Shown one piece after another: positions 45,734 to 55,415 of a stretch of DNA of 64,000 bases (its first letter is position 1; the number at the start of each line of letters is the position of its first letter). The stretch lies in contig JAIPIH010000002.1 in NCBI GenBank assembly GCA_021734835.1, positions 141,979 through 205,978 of the forward strand, written 5' to 3'. The DNA is from Candidatus Cloacimonadota bacterium (GTDB lineage: Bacteria; Cloacimonadota; Cloacimonadia; Cloacimonadales; TCS61). Below the pieces are notes generated by a model that ran no database searches, was not told the DNA's origin, and saw only the letters and a list, made by a program, of their open reading frames with translations. Position numbers and translations under genes: made by a program.

Positions 45734-48562
45734 ATGAAAACAGAAATTTACATTAAAGGAGCGAGCGAACATAATCTAAAAAATATTGATCTCAGAATTC
45801 CCCGTAATAAATTGATAACAATAACTGGTGTATCCGGTTCGGGGAAATCTTCCTTAGCTTTCGATACTCTTTATGCAGAAGGTCAGCGGAGATATGTTGA
45901 ATCACTCTCTGCTTATGCCAGACAATTCCTTGGTCAGATGGAAAAACCAAAAGTTGACTACATCGAGGGTCTTTCTCCCTCAATATCTATTGAACAAAAA
46001 GCAACCAGTAAAAATCCTCGTTCTACTGTTGGGACAGTAACTGAGATCTATGACTATTTACGAATTCTATATGCTCGTATTGGTAAACAATTTTGTTATA
46101 ACTGCGGTGACCCGGTAGGATCGCAAACCGTTGATCAGTTAGTAGACCATATTTTAAGACATCCGGAAAAAACAAAAATACAAATACTGGCACCGATAGT
46201 ACAAAATCGTAAGGGAGAACATAAAGAAGAGCTTGAAGAGGCTCGCAATGAAGGTTTTGTGAGAATAAAAATTAACGATGTAATGCGTCTTCTTAGTGAA
46301 GAGATCACATTGGATAAAAAGAGTAAACATAACATCGATATTGTTGTAGATCGTCTGATTTTAAAAAATGATATCCGTTCAAGATTAATAGATTCCGTAG
46401 AAACAGCCTTAAAATTAACTGATGGTTTTATTAAAGTTGAATATTTGGACGAGAACAAAACCGAAAATTTATCTGAAACAAATTCCTGTTCTAAATGCGG
46501 TATAGGTTATCCTGAGCTCTCACCGCAGCATTTTTCTTTCAATAGTCCCATGGGAATGTGTATATCCTGTAATGGATTGGGCTCTAAAATGGAATTTGAT
46601 CCCGATCTTATAGTACCTGATAAATCTCTTCCGATTATGGATGGTGCTGTTGTTTATTGGGGCAATTTAAACCAAAAAAAAAGCAGTTGGCAGTTAAAAA
46701 AACTCAAAACTGTTTCGAATAAATACGGATTTTCTCTTAAAACTCCTTGGATAGATCTTCCCGAAACCATACAAGATTTACTTTTATATGGTTCAAAAGG
46801 TGATAAAATCAAATTTGAATGGAATTCCGAAAACGGAACTGGATCATTTTTCTCTTCCTTCGACGGAATTATCCCAACTCTTACGCGGAGAATGTCTGAA
46901 ACCAGATCAGAATCTATGCGGAAATATTATCTAAAATATATAGGTAATCATCAGTGTCCTAGCTGCCAAGGGAAAAAACTTAGGAAAGAGATGTTAGCTG
47001 TAAAGATAGCTGACAGATCGATAAATGAAATCACTGAGATGTCTATTTCAGACGCGATCAGATTTTTTAATAAACTCAAGCTTTCTGGTAATGATGCAAT
47101 TGTGGCTGAGGAAGTGTTAAAGGAAATTAACAACCGGCTTAATTTCTTGGTAAATGTTGGATTACATTATTTAACTTTAGATAGGAAAGCTCCAACTTTA
47201 TCAGGAGGAGAATCGCAAAGGATAAGATTAGCTAGCCAAATTGGGAGTAGCCTTGTTGGTGTTATGTATATTCTTGATGAACCAACAATCGGATTACATC
47301 AACGAGATAACAAGCGGTTGATTAAAATGCTGCTTCACTTGAGAGATATCGGCAATACGGTTATTATTGTTGAGCATGACGAACAGATGATACGTACAGC
47401 TGATCAAATAATTGACATTGGACCAAAAGCAGGAATACATGGCGGCAAAGTCGTCTTCCAAGGTACTATTGAACAACTATTAAAATCTGAGATATGTAAG
47501 AGCGGGCAATATTTATCAGGTAAACTGCAGATAACTAAGCCCCAGACAAAAATAGCTAATGGGAAGCGCAAATTAAGGATCATCGGAGCTAAGCAGAATA
47601 ACTTAAAAAATATAGATGTTAATATACCAGTAGGTTATTTTACCTGTATAACAGGAGTATCCGGTTCCGGGAAAAGTTCATTTGTTAATCAGATATTGTA
47701 TCCTGCAATGGCACAAAGGCTTAACAGATCCAACCTGCCGCAGGGTGCATTTGATGATATAAAAGGATACAATTATTACGATAAAGTGATCAATATTAAT
47801 CAGCAGCCAATTGGGAGAACACCACGATCAAATCCAGCAACATACACTAAATTGTTTGATCCAATCAGACAATTATTTTCGCAGACACCAGCAGCAAAAT
47901 TACGTGGATACAAGCCGGGACGTTTTTCTTTTAATGTAAAAGGAGGCCGGTGTGAGGCCTGCGGCGGCGGTGGTGTAAAACAAATCGAAATGCATTTTCT
48001 TCCCGATATATATGTAAAATGTGAAGTTTGCAATGGAACAAGATACAATAAAGAGACTCTAGCTGTAAAATTCAAAGGATACAACATAGCTGATGTTCTG
48101 AAAATGGATGTTCAAGAAGCAATCGAGATTTTTGCTAAAGTTCCTAAGATCAATAAGGTATTGCGAACTTTGAAAGAGGTTGGTCTAGAGTATATTAAAA
48201 TGGGGCAAGCTTCTACAACTCTATCGGGTGGTGAAGCTCAAAGGATAAAATTATCGCGGGAACTTAGCAAAACAAGCACTGGTAAAACATTGTATATTTT
48301 GGATGAGCCAACCACAGGTTTACATTTTGAAGATATTGAAAAATTATTAAAAGTACTACATAAATTAGTTTCAATGGGAAATACGGTTGTTGTGATAGAA
48401 CATAATCTTGATGTAATAAAATGCGCTGATTATATTATTGATCTGGGGCCGGAAGGCGGAGATGAGGGTGGAAGAATTGTTGTAGAAGGCTCACCGGAAT
48501 ATATTTCAACTATTACCAGATCATATACCGGAAAATTCTTAAAAAAACATTTTGTAAAATAA
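45734..48562 (+). CDS. uvrA: excinuclease ABC subunit A
   Basis: Two ABC modules (GVSGSGKSSLAFDTLYAEGQRRY; GVSGSGKSSFVNQIL), zinc-finger Cys clusters and LSGGEAQRIKL. 942 aa. Confidence 0.95.
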   Translation: MKTEIYIKGASEHNLKNIDLRIPRNKLITITGVSGSGKSSLAFDTLYAEGQRRYVESLSAYARQFLGQMEKPKVDYIEGLSPSISIEQKATSKNPRSTVGTVTEIYDYLRILYARIGKQFCYNCGDPVGSQTVDQLVDHILRHPEKTKIQILAPIVQNRKGEHKEELEEARNEGFVRIKINDVMRLLSEEITLDKKSKHNIDIVVDRLILKNDIRSRLIDSVETALKLTDGFIKVEYLDENKTENLSETNSCSKCGIGYPELSPQHFSFNSPMGMCISCNGLGSKMEFDPDLIVPDKSLPIMDGAVVYWGNLNQKKSSWQLKKLKTVSNKYGFSLKTPWIDLPETIQDLLLYGSKGDKIKFEWNSENGTGSFFSSFDGIIPTLTRRMSETRSESMRKYYLKYIGNHQCPSCQGKKLRKEMLAVKIADRSINEITEMSISDAIRFFNKLKLSGNDAIVAEEVLKEINNRLNFLVNVGLHYLTLDRKAPTLSGGESQRIRLASQIGSSLVGVMYILDEPTIGLHQRDNKRLIKMLLHLRDIGNTVIIVEHDEQMIRTADQIIDIGPKAGIHGGKVVFQGTIEQLLKSEICKSGQYLSGKLQITKPQTKIANGKRKLRIIGAKQNNLKNIDVNIPVGYFTCITGVSGSGKSSFVNQILYPAMAQRLNRSNLPQGAFDDIKGYNYYDKVININQQPIGRTPRSNPATYTKLFDPIRQLFSQTPAAKLRGYKPGRFSFNVKGGRCEACGGGGVKQIEMHFLPDIYVKCEVCNGTRYNKETLAVKFKGYNIADVLKMDVQEAIEIFAKVPKINKVLRTLKEVGLEYIKMGQASTTLSGGEAQRIKLSRELSKTSTGKTLYILDEPTTGLHFEDIEKLLKVLHKLVSMGNTVVVIEHNLDVIKCADYIIDLGPEGGDEGGRIVVEGSPEYISTITRSYTGKFLKKHFVK

Positions 48563-48588
48563 TCTTATCTTTTAAGAGGGAGTTAGAT

Positions 48589-49383
48589 ATGGATCTTAAA
48601 TTAAAGATACTAAAAATTTATGAAAAAAACAAATTTTCTGCCAATGATAAAGAGATATTTCTAGAATTCCGCTCACTGCTGAATAAAGGCGAGATCAGAG
48701 CTGCTAATAAAGAAGATGGTAGATGGGTTACAAACAACTGGGTCAAAAAAGGCATTATTGCTGGTTTCAAAATGGGAAACATAGTCAGATATGGAAATTT
48801 TTATGATAAGGATACTTTTCCACTTCAGGATATTGCCGGGAAAAAAAATGTACGATTCGTACCTGGTGGTTCTGCGATTCGAGAAGGATCTTTTATTGGG
48901 AATGATGTAATCCTAATGCCGCCGATGTACATAAATGTTGGAGCATTTGTTGATTCCGGTTCTATGATTGATTCACATGCCTTAGTTGGTACTTGTGCTC
49001 AGGTCGGGAAAAATGTTCATCTAAGTGCTGCTTCTCAACTGGGTGGAGTTTTAGAGCCTATTAGCTCAAACCCTGTTATTATTGAAGATAATGTTTTTAT
49101 TGGCGGCAATTGCGGAATTTACGAAGGTATCATTGTAGAGGAGAACGCTATTATCGCGGCCGGTGTTACAATTACAGCCGGAACTCCTATTTTTGATGCG
49201 GTTAACAATAAATTTTTGTGTAAAGTAAACAACATTACAATTATTCCTAAAAAAGCTGTTGTAGTTCCAGGATCCCGAAAATTCAAGAACAATCCAGATT
49301 TCTCGGTATATTGCCCTATCATTATCAAGTATAGAGATAAAATGACTGATAGGTCTGTATTGTTGGAAGAATTACTGAGATGA
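48589..49383 (+). CDS. dapD: 2,3,4,5-tetrahydropyridine-2,6-dicarboxylate N-acyl(succinyl)transferase
   Basis: N-terminus GEIRAA......W.VN.WVKKGIIAGF plus a left-handed beta-helix of hexapeptide repeats. 264 aa. Confidence 0.8.
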   Translation: MDLKLKILKIYEKNKFSANDKEIFLEFRSLLNKGEIRAANKEDGRWVTNNWVKKGIIAGFKMGNIVRYGNFYDKDTFPLQDIAGKKNVRFVPGGSAIREGSFIGNDVILMPPMYINVGAFVDSGSMIDSHALVGTCAQVGKNVHLSAASQLGGVLEPISSNPVIIEDNVFIGGNCGIYEGIIVEENAIIAAGVTITAGTPIFDAVNNKFLCKVNNITIIPKKAVVVPGSRKFKNNPDFSVYCPIIIKYRDKMTDRSVLLEELLR

Positions 49384-50525
49384 CACTTCAAAATTCTCTT
49401 AGCAGATTTTCCGGTGTGGAAAAATCCAACTTACGCCAAATCATTGATAAAGCGCCTCGGGATGCGATCAATTTAGGTTTAGGTGAAATCCAATTTTCAC
49501 CCCCTGACAACATTATTCGTGAAGCCCTAAAAGTTGTTGAACATGAGAATATTTTTTACACACCCAATGCAGGTTTAATCGAAGCACAACAAGCTGTTGC
49601 AGATTATTATGATATTGATTTAGATGATAATGTTTGTATAACAAGTGGTTCTGAGGAAGCTGTTTTTGCAACTTTGTTCAGCTACATAGAACCCGGTGAT
49701 GAAGTATTAATAGCCGATCCGACTTATCTTGCTTATAAAACTATCATTAAAATGCTGAATGGTATCTCAATTGATTTTTCTTTAAATCCTGAATCTGACT
49801 TTAGTCTGGATAAAACTGATTTTGAAAATAATATTTCTCCTAAGACTAAGATCTTACTTTTGAATAATCCTGCTAACCCTACCGGAAAATGTTTTTCAAA
49901 AAAAGAAATTAACTTTATGGTTTCAAAATGTATAGAAAATAACATATTAGTTGTGATAGATGAAGTTTATCGTGAACTGTTTGTAGAGAAGAGACCGGAA
50001 ACATTACTAAAGAAAGAGGGTAATATTATAGTTATATCCGGGCTGTCAAAATCTCATTGTATGAGCGGCTGGAGACTGGGCTGGACTGTATCGTCAAATC
50101 CTGAATTGATCAAACCGATCATTGTCGCTCATCAATATATTTGCTCCTGTGCTCCTTATATATCCCAGAAAGCTGCTATTGTTGCCTTGTCAAAGCAAGG
50201 TATGAATTTACAAAATCAGATCCGTAAAAAACTTAAAGCTAATAGATTATTCCTAATTGATGCTTTAAAAACCTCAAAAATTAACTTAACTATTCTTCCC
50301 AACGATGCCTATCCCTACCTTTTTATCAAATTCGAAATTGATGATAAACTCCTCGTACAGGAATTGATAAATTCTGGTTTGATCCTGATGCCGGGTTCAA
50401 TTTTCGGTACAAATGGGAAGAATTGGATTAGAATTAATTATGGTGTAAATAAAAAAAAACTTGCCAAAGCATTAGCAATTTTTAAAAATAATGTAAATTT
50501 GTTCAGTACTGGAAGTTATCGATAA
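49380..50525 (+). CDS. class I/II PLP-dependent aminotransferase (possibly DAP-pathway DapC-like)
   Basis: ATGA overlap with dapD. Motifs NNPANPTG and the PLP-Lys region SGLSKSHCMSGWRLGW. Confidence 0.8.
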   Translation: MTLQNSLSRFSGVEKSNLRQIIDKAPRDAINLGLGEIQFSPPDNIIREALKVVEHENIFYTPNAGLIEAQQAVADYYDIDLDDNVCITSGSEEAVFATLFSYIEPGDEVLIADPTYLAYKTIIKMLNGISIDFSLNPESDFSLDKTDFENNISPKTKILLLNNPANPTGKCFSKKEINFMVSKCIENNILVVIDEVYRELFVEKRPETLLKKEGNIIVISGLSKSHCMSGWRLGWTVSSNPELIKPIIVAHQYICSCAPYISQKAAIVALSKQGMNLQNQIRKKLKANRLFLIDALKTSKINLTILPNDAYPYLFIKFEIDDKLLVQELINSGLILMPGSIFGTNGKNWIRINYGVNKKKLAKALAIFKNNVNLFSTGSYR

Positions 50526-50547
50526 TTAATAGATTTGTGAGGATTTA

Positions 50548-52254
50548 ATGAAGGTTTGTCTAACTATAATTCTGCTTCTTGTATTTACTATCTCACTTTT
50601 ATCAATAAGTTTAATCGATAGTCTTGAAAACAAATTAGATATAGTTGTGGCTGAAGAAAAAGTCAAAGTTCTTAATGCACTTTCCAATGAATATTTATAT
50701 ATTTCGCCCAAACAAGCAATTTATTATGGTGATCAGGCAGCTGAATTAGCAAAATCTTTCCGAGACGATATGAATGAATATAAAGCCTATGTTAATATTG
50801 CTAATTCTTATTCCCTGCTACGAAATTATGAAAAAGGAATAGAATATTTTGAGAAGGCTTTAAAGAAGAGTGAGGCAATTGGTGATGTAGAATATATTCT
50901 GAAAGATATTTATAGAATTGCAGATGCCTACAGCAGTAATAAAAATTCTATGAAAGCCATTGAGTATTATAATAAAGCACTAAAGATCAATGAAATTACT
51001 AATAAGCGTAATGAAGTTGCTTTAACTTTGAATAGAATAGGGTTAGAATATAAGAAAACCGAGGATTATAAAAAAGCTTCTGAGTATTTCATTAAAGCAC
51101 TCAGATTTGAAGAAGAGAACGTGCGTGTTCTAATGCGCGATGAATACAAACAGATCTCTGAATTTTATACCTTAAGAGGTGAAGATGAAAAGGCGCTTAA
51201 GTATTATAAACTATTCACTTCAATAAAAGATACTATTACCAGTGAAGAAAGGTCAAATACTATCAGCGATATGCAAAACAGATATGATTCCGAACAAAGA
51301 AAACGAAGAATAGAACTGCTGCAAAAAGAAAAAGAGATCAAAGACCTTGAATTAACACAACTAACTTTGACTCAGCAGAAAAAAGAAAAGGAGTATGAGA
51401 CAAAACAAAGAGTTCAACAAATAGAAGCATTACAGAGAGAAAAAGAATTGAAAGAAGCTCAATTAAAAACAGCAGAGTTAGCCAGAGAAAATATTCAAAA
51501 AAAGATCGATGCTTATCAGAGGGATAAGGAAATTCGAGAGTTAGAACTTGAAAAGCGAGATATGCAGATCCGGTCCCAAAGTTTTATTCAAAAAGTCTTG
51601 ATAACTGCTTCAATAATGATCTTTATCTTTGCTGTGATCAGTACGATATTATTTATTGCCAATCGGAAAAAGAATAAAGAATTGAGTAACGCATATTCTA
51701 AACTGGAACATATTGCAAAAACAGATCCATTAACAGGTCTATCTAATCGTCGGGATATGATTGAAAAACTGGAACATGAGCAGAAACGTTTCGGTAGGAA
51801 TGGAAAATCTTTTGTCCTATTAATGTCTGATATTGATGATTTTAAAAAGATAAATGATGCTCATGGCCATGATAGTGGAGACTTTATCTTAGGATCACTT
51901 GCTAAGCAAATGCAATCTTTAGCCCGGAAACAAGATATTACCGGGCGCTGGGGTGGCGAAGAATTTCTGATGATGCTGCCGGAAACTGATATCGAAGGCG
52001 GATTTTCATTAGCAGAAAAAATACGGAATGATATTGAAACTTCTACTTATATCTATAATGATATTGAGTTAACATTAACAATGACATTTGGTGTTAGTGT
52101 TTACAATAGACCTATGGATATAGATCATTGCATTAAAATGGCTGATGAAGCACTCTATAAAGGAAAAAATCAAGGTAAAAACTGTGTTGTAATCACTAAA
52201 CCGGAAGATAACCCCTTGGTAGTTAGTGTAGAACAATCTGCCAAATCAGTTTAG
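50548..52254 (+). CDS. diguanylate cyclase: signal anchor, TPR repeats, coiled coil, TM, GGDEF
   Basis: Same architecture as 8219-10066. TPR units, Q/E/K-rich coiled coil, TM VLITASIMIFIFAVISTILFI. KTDPLTGLSNRR, I-site RKQD, active site GGEEF. Confidence 0.85.
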   Translation: MKVCLTIILLLVFTISLLSISLIDSLENKLDIVVAEEKVKVLNALSNEYLYISPKQAIYYGDQAAELAKSFRDDMNEYKAYVNIANSYSLLRNYEKGIEYFEKALKKSEAIGDVEYILKDIYRIADAYSSNKNSMKAIEYYNKALKINEITNKRNEVALTLNRIGLEYKKTEDYKKASEYFIKALRFEEENVRVLMRDEYKQISEFYTLRGEDEKALKYYKLFTSIKDTITSEERSNTISDMQNRYDSEQRKRRIELLQKEKEIKDLELTQLTLTQQKKEKEYETKQRVQQIEALQREKELKEAQLKTAELARENIQKKIDAYQRDKEIRELELEKRDMQIRSQSFIQKVLITASIMIFIFAVISTILFIANRKKNKELSNAYSKLEHIAKTDPLTGLSNRRDMIEKLEHEQKRFGRNGKSFVLLMSDIDDFKKINDAHGHDSGDFILGSLAKQMQSLARKQDITGRWGGEEFLMMLPETDIEGGFSLAEKIRNDIETSTYIYNDIELTLTMTFGVSVYNRPMDIDHCIKMADEALYKGKNQGKNCVVITKPEDNPLVVSVEQSAKSV

Positions 52255-52269
52255 CCCATATAGTTAGTT

Positions 52270-53292
52270 ATGAAAAAAATATATGCTGTTTTATTGTTAA
52301 CTTTTTTTCTAATCTCATTGCTGGCTGAGCAACAAAAAGGAGTTGATAACTCAAGTATAAACTTTTCTATAACTTTGCAGGAAAATAGTGAATTACTCAG
52401 ATTGATCCAAGTCAAAGATTCATTAACTACTGGGGAACGGCTTGACCTCTGTAAACAAGCTAAAAGAATGGCTGTCAGTCAAAATAATAATGACTTGATC
52501 TTAAAAATTCTACTCCTTCAAGCAGAGATTTACAAAGAGACTCAAGATGTAGAAAAATACACAGATGTCATACATGAGTATTTGCAACTTTATACCTTAA
52601 AAAATGAATTAGAGATCGAAAAAACTAGAAAGCAAATATCCAAACAGATCTTTATCAGGAATTCATTTATGATTGGTTTTTTAATAATTCTCAATCTGGC
52701 GTTTGTATTTTTTGTACGATATAAGCTTAGGTCGGCCGATCAGAACAAATTAAAAAAAGCAAATGAAAAATTAAAAGAATTATCTAGTAAAGATCCACTT
52801 ACAGGATTATCTAACCGCCGTGATTGTTTAGAAAAAATTAATTATGAAATTGTCCGTTCAAATAGGAATAATCGTATTTTCAGCATAATAATGAGCGATA
52901 TAGATCATTTTAAGTCAGTAAATGATAACTACGGACACAATTGTGGAGATTACATTTTGCAAGAGCTGGCAAAAATTCTTACAAAAACTTTAAGAAAACA
53001 GGATATTGTTAGTCGTTGGGGCGGTGAAGAATTTTTACTCCTGCTGCCAGAAACTAATCTGGAAGGTGCAAAATTTGCAGCTGAAAAAATAAGAACTACT
53101 ATTGAGAAGAATAAGTTTTTTTATGATAAAAAAGCTATATCAATAACCTTAACATTTGGAATAAGCGAATTTGCTAAAGATAAAACCGTGGATACTTGTG
53201 TTAGAGAAGCAGATACAGCACTTTATAAGGGAAAACATCGCGGCAGAAACCGCATTGAGCTCTTTAAAGATTCTGATATTTTAATTGGATAA
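52270..53292 (+). CDS. diguanylate cyclase: signal peptide, short helical sensor region, TM, GGDEF
   Basis: SKDPLTGLSNRR, I-site RKQD, GGEEF. TM FMIGFLIILNLAFVFFV. 340 aa. Confidence 0.85.
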   Translation: MKKIYAVLLLTFFLISLLAEQQKGVDNSSINFSITLQENSELLRLIQVKDSLTTGERLDLCKQAKRMAVSQNNNDLILKILLLQAEIYKETQDVEKYTDVIHEYLQLYTLKNELEIEKTRKQISKQIFIRNSFMIGFLIILNLAFVFFVRYKLRSADQNKLKKANEKLKELSSKDPLTGLSNRRDCLEKINYEIVRSNRNNRIFSIIMSDIDHFKSVNDNYGHNCGDYILQELAKILTKTLRKQDIVSRWGGEEFLLLLPETNLEGAKFAAEKIRTTIEKNKFFYDKKAISITLTFGISEFAKDKTVDTCVREADTALYKGKHRGRNRIELFKDSDILIG

Positions 53293-53296
53293 ATAA

Positions 53297-53322
53297 ATAA
53301 GGCTACCTTCAGGCAGCCTTAT
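53297..53322. terminator. candidate bidirectional terminator hairpin between convergent genes
   Basis: ATAAGGCT...AGCCTTAT perfect 8-bp arms plus an inner CC/GG pair, loop TTCA. A/T-rich flanks on both sides but no long T-run. Confidence 0.5.
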
Positions 53323-53341
53323 TAATTCAAAGTAACTTTAT

Positions 53342-54061
53342 CTACTTGTTAAATAATTCTAAAGTTCTTTCTTTTGCCAGTTTAAATTTATTAAATGTAC
53401 TTACATTATAATCTACTTCAGAAGCTGACATGCAGTTACATATCAAATTTTCATCGAAAGAGAAATTCATTTCCATTAGGAGTAGATTGTAATTAGTCAA
53501 CGTAGAATCAACCCAATTCGCCGGAATTGTATGAGACCGAGCGGATGCATCAAGATTTACATACTGTTCATCCCAAATTGTATAATCTGTTGCAGTAGCG
53601 TACAAATCCTGATATTGAGCATCTGCGGTTAAACTCCAAGATAAATCTGTAGCTTCTGTAACTATCCATTCTTCAGGCCAATTAACAGAAGGTATATAAG
53701 CTGTTTTCATATTAAATGAATAATCTATATCATTCATTGTCAGCGCAACCGGATAAGTTTGCCCTTGATCTAACGTGGTGGTACCTGCCCACATGTTCAT
53801 ATTCACATAATTTACCATCGTTACAGAATAGTCATTTACCACTAACTCAAGAGATTCAATAGTGTTATTCTCAATAGGTGAAACAGTGATCATGTATTCG
53901 CCACTGAGATCAGCTTCTGACACGACCATGTAGAAATCATAATCATTGGGATCAATTGATGGGCCAGTAGTTCCGTTGTTACCATCATCTTTACTACAAC
54001 CGGAAATAAACAAAAGTAAACTAAACGTGATTACAAAAAAAAGTAATGCAGATTTTTTCAT
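53342..54061 (-). CDS. lipoprotein, function unknown
   Basis: SD AAGGGAGGG and signal peptide with lipobox LLFISGC. 239 aa. No family recognised. Confidence 0.6.
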   Translation of the reverse strand: MKKSALLFFVITFSLLLFISGCSKDDGNNGTTGPSIDPNDYDFYMVVSEADLSGEYMITVSPIENNTIESLELVVNDYSVTMVNYVNMNMWAGTTTLDQGQTYPVALTMNDIDYSFNMKTAYIPSVNWPEEWIVTEATDLSWSLTADAQYQDLYATATDYTIWDEQYVNLDASARSHTIPANWVDSTLTNYNLLLMEMNFSFDENLICNCMSASEVDYNVSTFNKFKLAKERTLELFNK

Positions 54062-54138
54062 TTTTCCCTCCCTTAATTTGATAACAGTATCAGTTTAAAG
54101 TTACTTAAATATATGTCAAATATATTTTTAGATGCTAA

Positions 54139-55404
54139 TTATTCAAAGTAATATATAGCTTTGATCGGATCTATTTTTGATGCTTTATGAGCTGGATAGA
54201 TACCGGAAACTATACCGATTATCAAAGAAAATGCAATACCTAATAGTATACCTTCGATCGGTACAGGAAAATTGAATTTAAGCGCAATAGCTATAACCTT
54301 AACAAGCAAACTTGAGAAGAATATACCAATGAAAGCACCCAGTATGGAAAGTGATATTGCTTCAAAAATAAATAGGAGGAAGATATCGCGATTTGTTGCT
54401 CCTATACTTTTTCTGATCCCAATTTCTTTCATTCTTTCATTTATTGAGATCAGCAAAGTGCTAAACAAGCCAATACCACCAACGATCAGTGAAATTGAAG
54501 CTATTGCAGATAGTGTGATATTCCATTTTTTCATCATCTCATTTATCTCTTTTGTGATATTCAACATGAAAGCACCTATATTGTTAAAAGAAAAATCGTG
54601 CGACATTTTATGACTGATCAACAAATTTTGCCGTACAGCATTTTTTACATCTTGATAATCATCTTCAGATTTTGCCTGGATGTAAATATAATCAATCGAT
54701 TTATCAGATTTCAAATATTTTGAACCAGTTGACAACGGTATATAAACCGCTTCCAGGTCATGCCTTCGTTCCCAAGCATTAAAATTCATACCCTTAGAAT
54801 TAAGCTTGTCATCAGCCAATATTCCAATAATTTTATAACGATGATTACCAATGCTGATTTTTTTATTCAAAGGATCATTATTTGGAAAATATTGATTAGC
54901 AAAATGATAGCCAATAACACATACTTTTAATGAATTCAGATCTTCAAATGAATTGAAATATCTACCGGATTTTAACGAATATGTCTTGCTTAAGAAAAAC
55001 TCTATATTTGTAGCCTTAAGTCTTACCCACTCTTCTTTTTCTTCATATAGATATTTCTGCCAATTTTCAATATAGCCATAAATATATTTAGCTTTAATGT
55101 TCTTTTTAAGCATAATATAATCTTCAAATGTTAGAGGTTTTGCTTCACGCTGAATATGTCTGAATCTGTACATTCTGCGGCTTGAAATATTCTCTTCCCC
55201 TTGAGAAGGATATACAATAATAGAATTATTCCAGCCCATTTCTTTCATTCTTTCATTAATCAACTTTTTCATACCGTAAACTGTTGAAAACATAGTTACT
55301 ACTGCAAATACGCCGATTATAATACCCAGTAGGGTTAGAAATGAACGTAATTTATGAGTAAAAATATTCTGGAAACTGCTGACTATGCTTTCCGATAAAT
55401 TCAC
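54139..55404 (-). CDS. ABC transporter permease, MacB/FtsX family
   Basis: N-terminal TM, a large periplasmic MacB-like domain, and C-terminal FtsX-type helices (ERMKEIGIRKSIGATNRDI motif). Confidence 0.8.
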   Translation of the reverse strand: MNLSESIVSSFQNIFTHKLRSFLTLLGIIIGVFAVVTMFSTVYGMKKLINERMKEMGWNNSIIVYPSQGEENISSRRMYRFRHIQREAKPLTFEDYIMLKKNIKAKYIYGYIENWQKYLYEEKEEWVRLKATNIEFFLSKTYSLKSGRYFNSFEDLNSLKVCVIGYHFANQYFPNNDPLNKKISIGNHRYKIIGILADDKLNSKGMNFNAWERRHDLEAVYIPLSTGSKYLKSDKSIDYIYIQAKSEDDYQDVKNAVRQNLLISHKMSHDFSFNNIGAFMLNITKEINEMMKKWNITLSAIASISLIVGGIGLFSTLLISINERMKEIGIRKSIGATNRDIFLLFIFEAISLSILGAFIGIFFSSLLVKVIAIALKFNFPVPIEGILLGIAFSLIIGIVSGIYPAHKASKIDPIKAIYYFE

Positions 55405-55415
55405 TTTAATAAATC

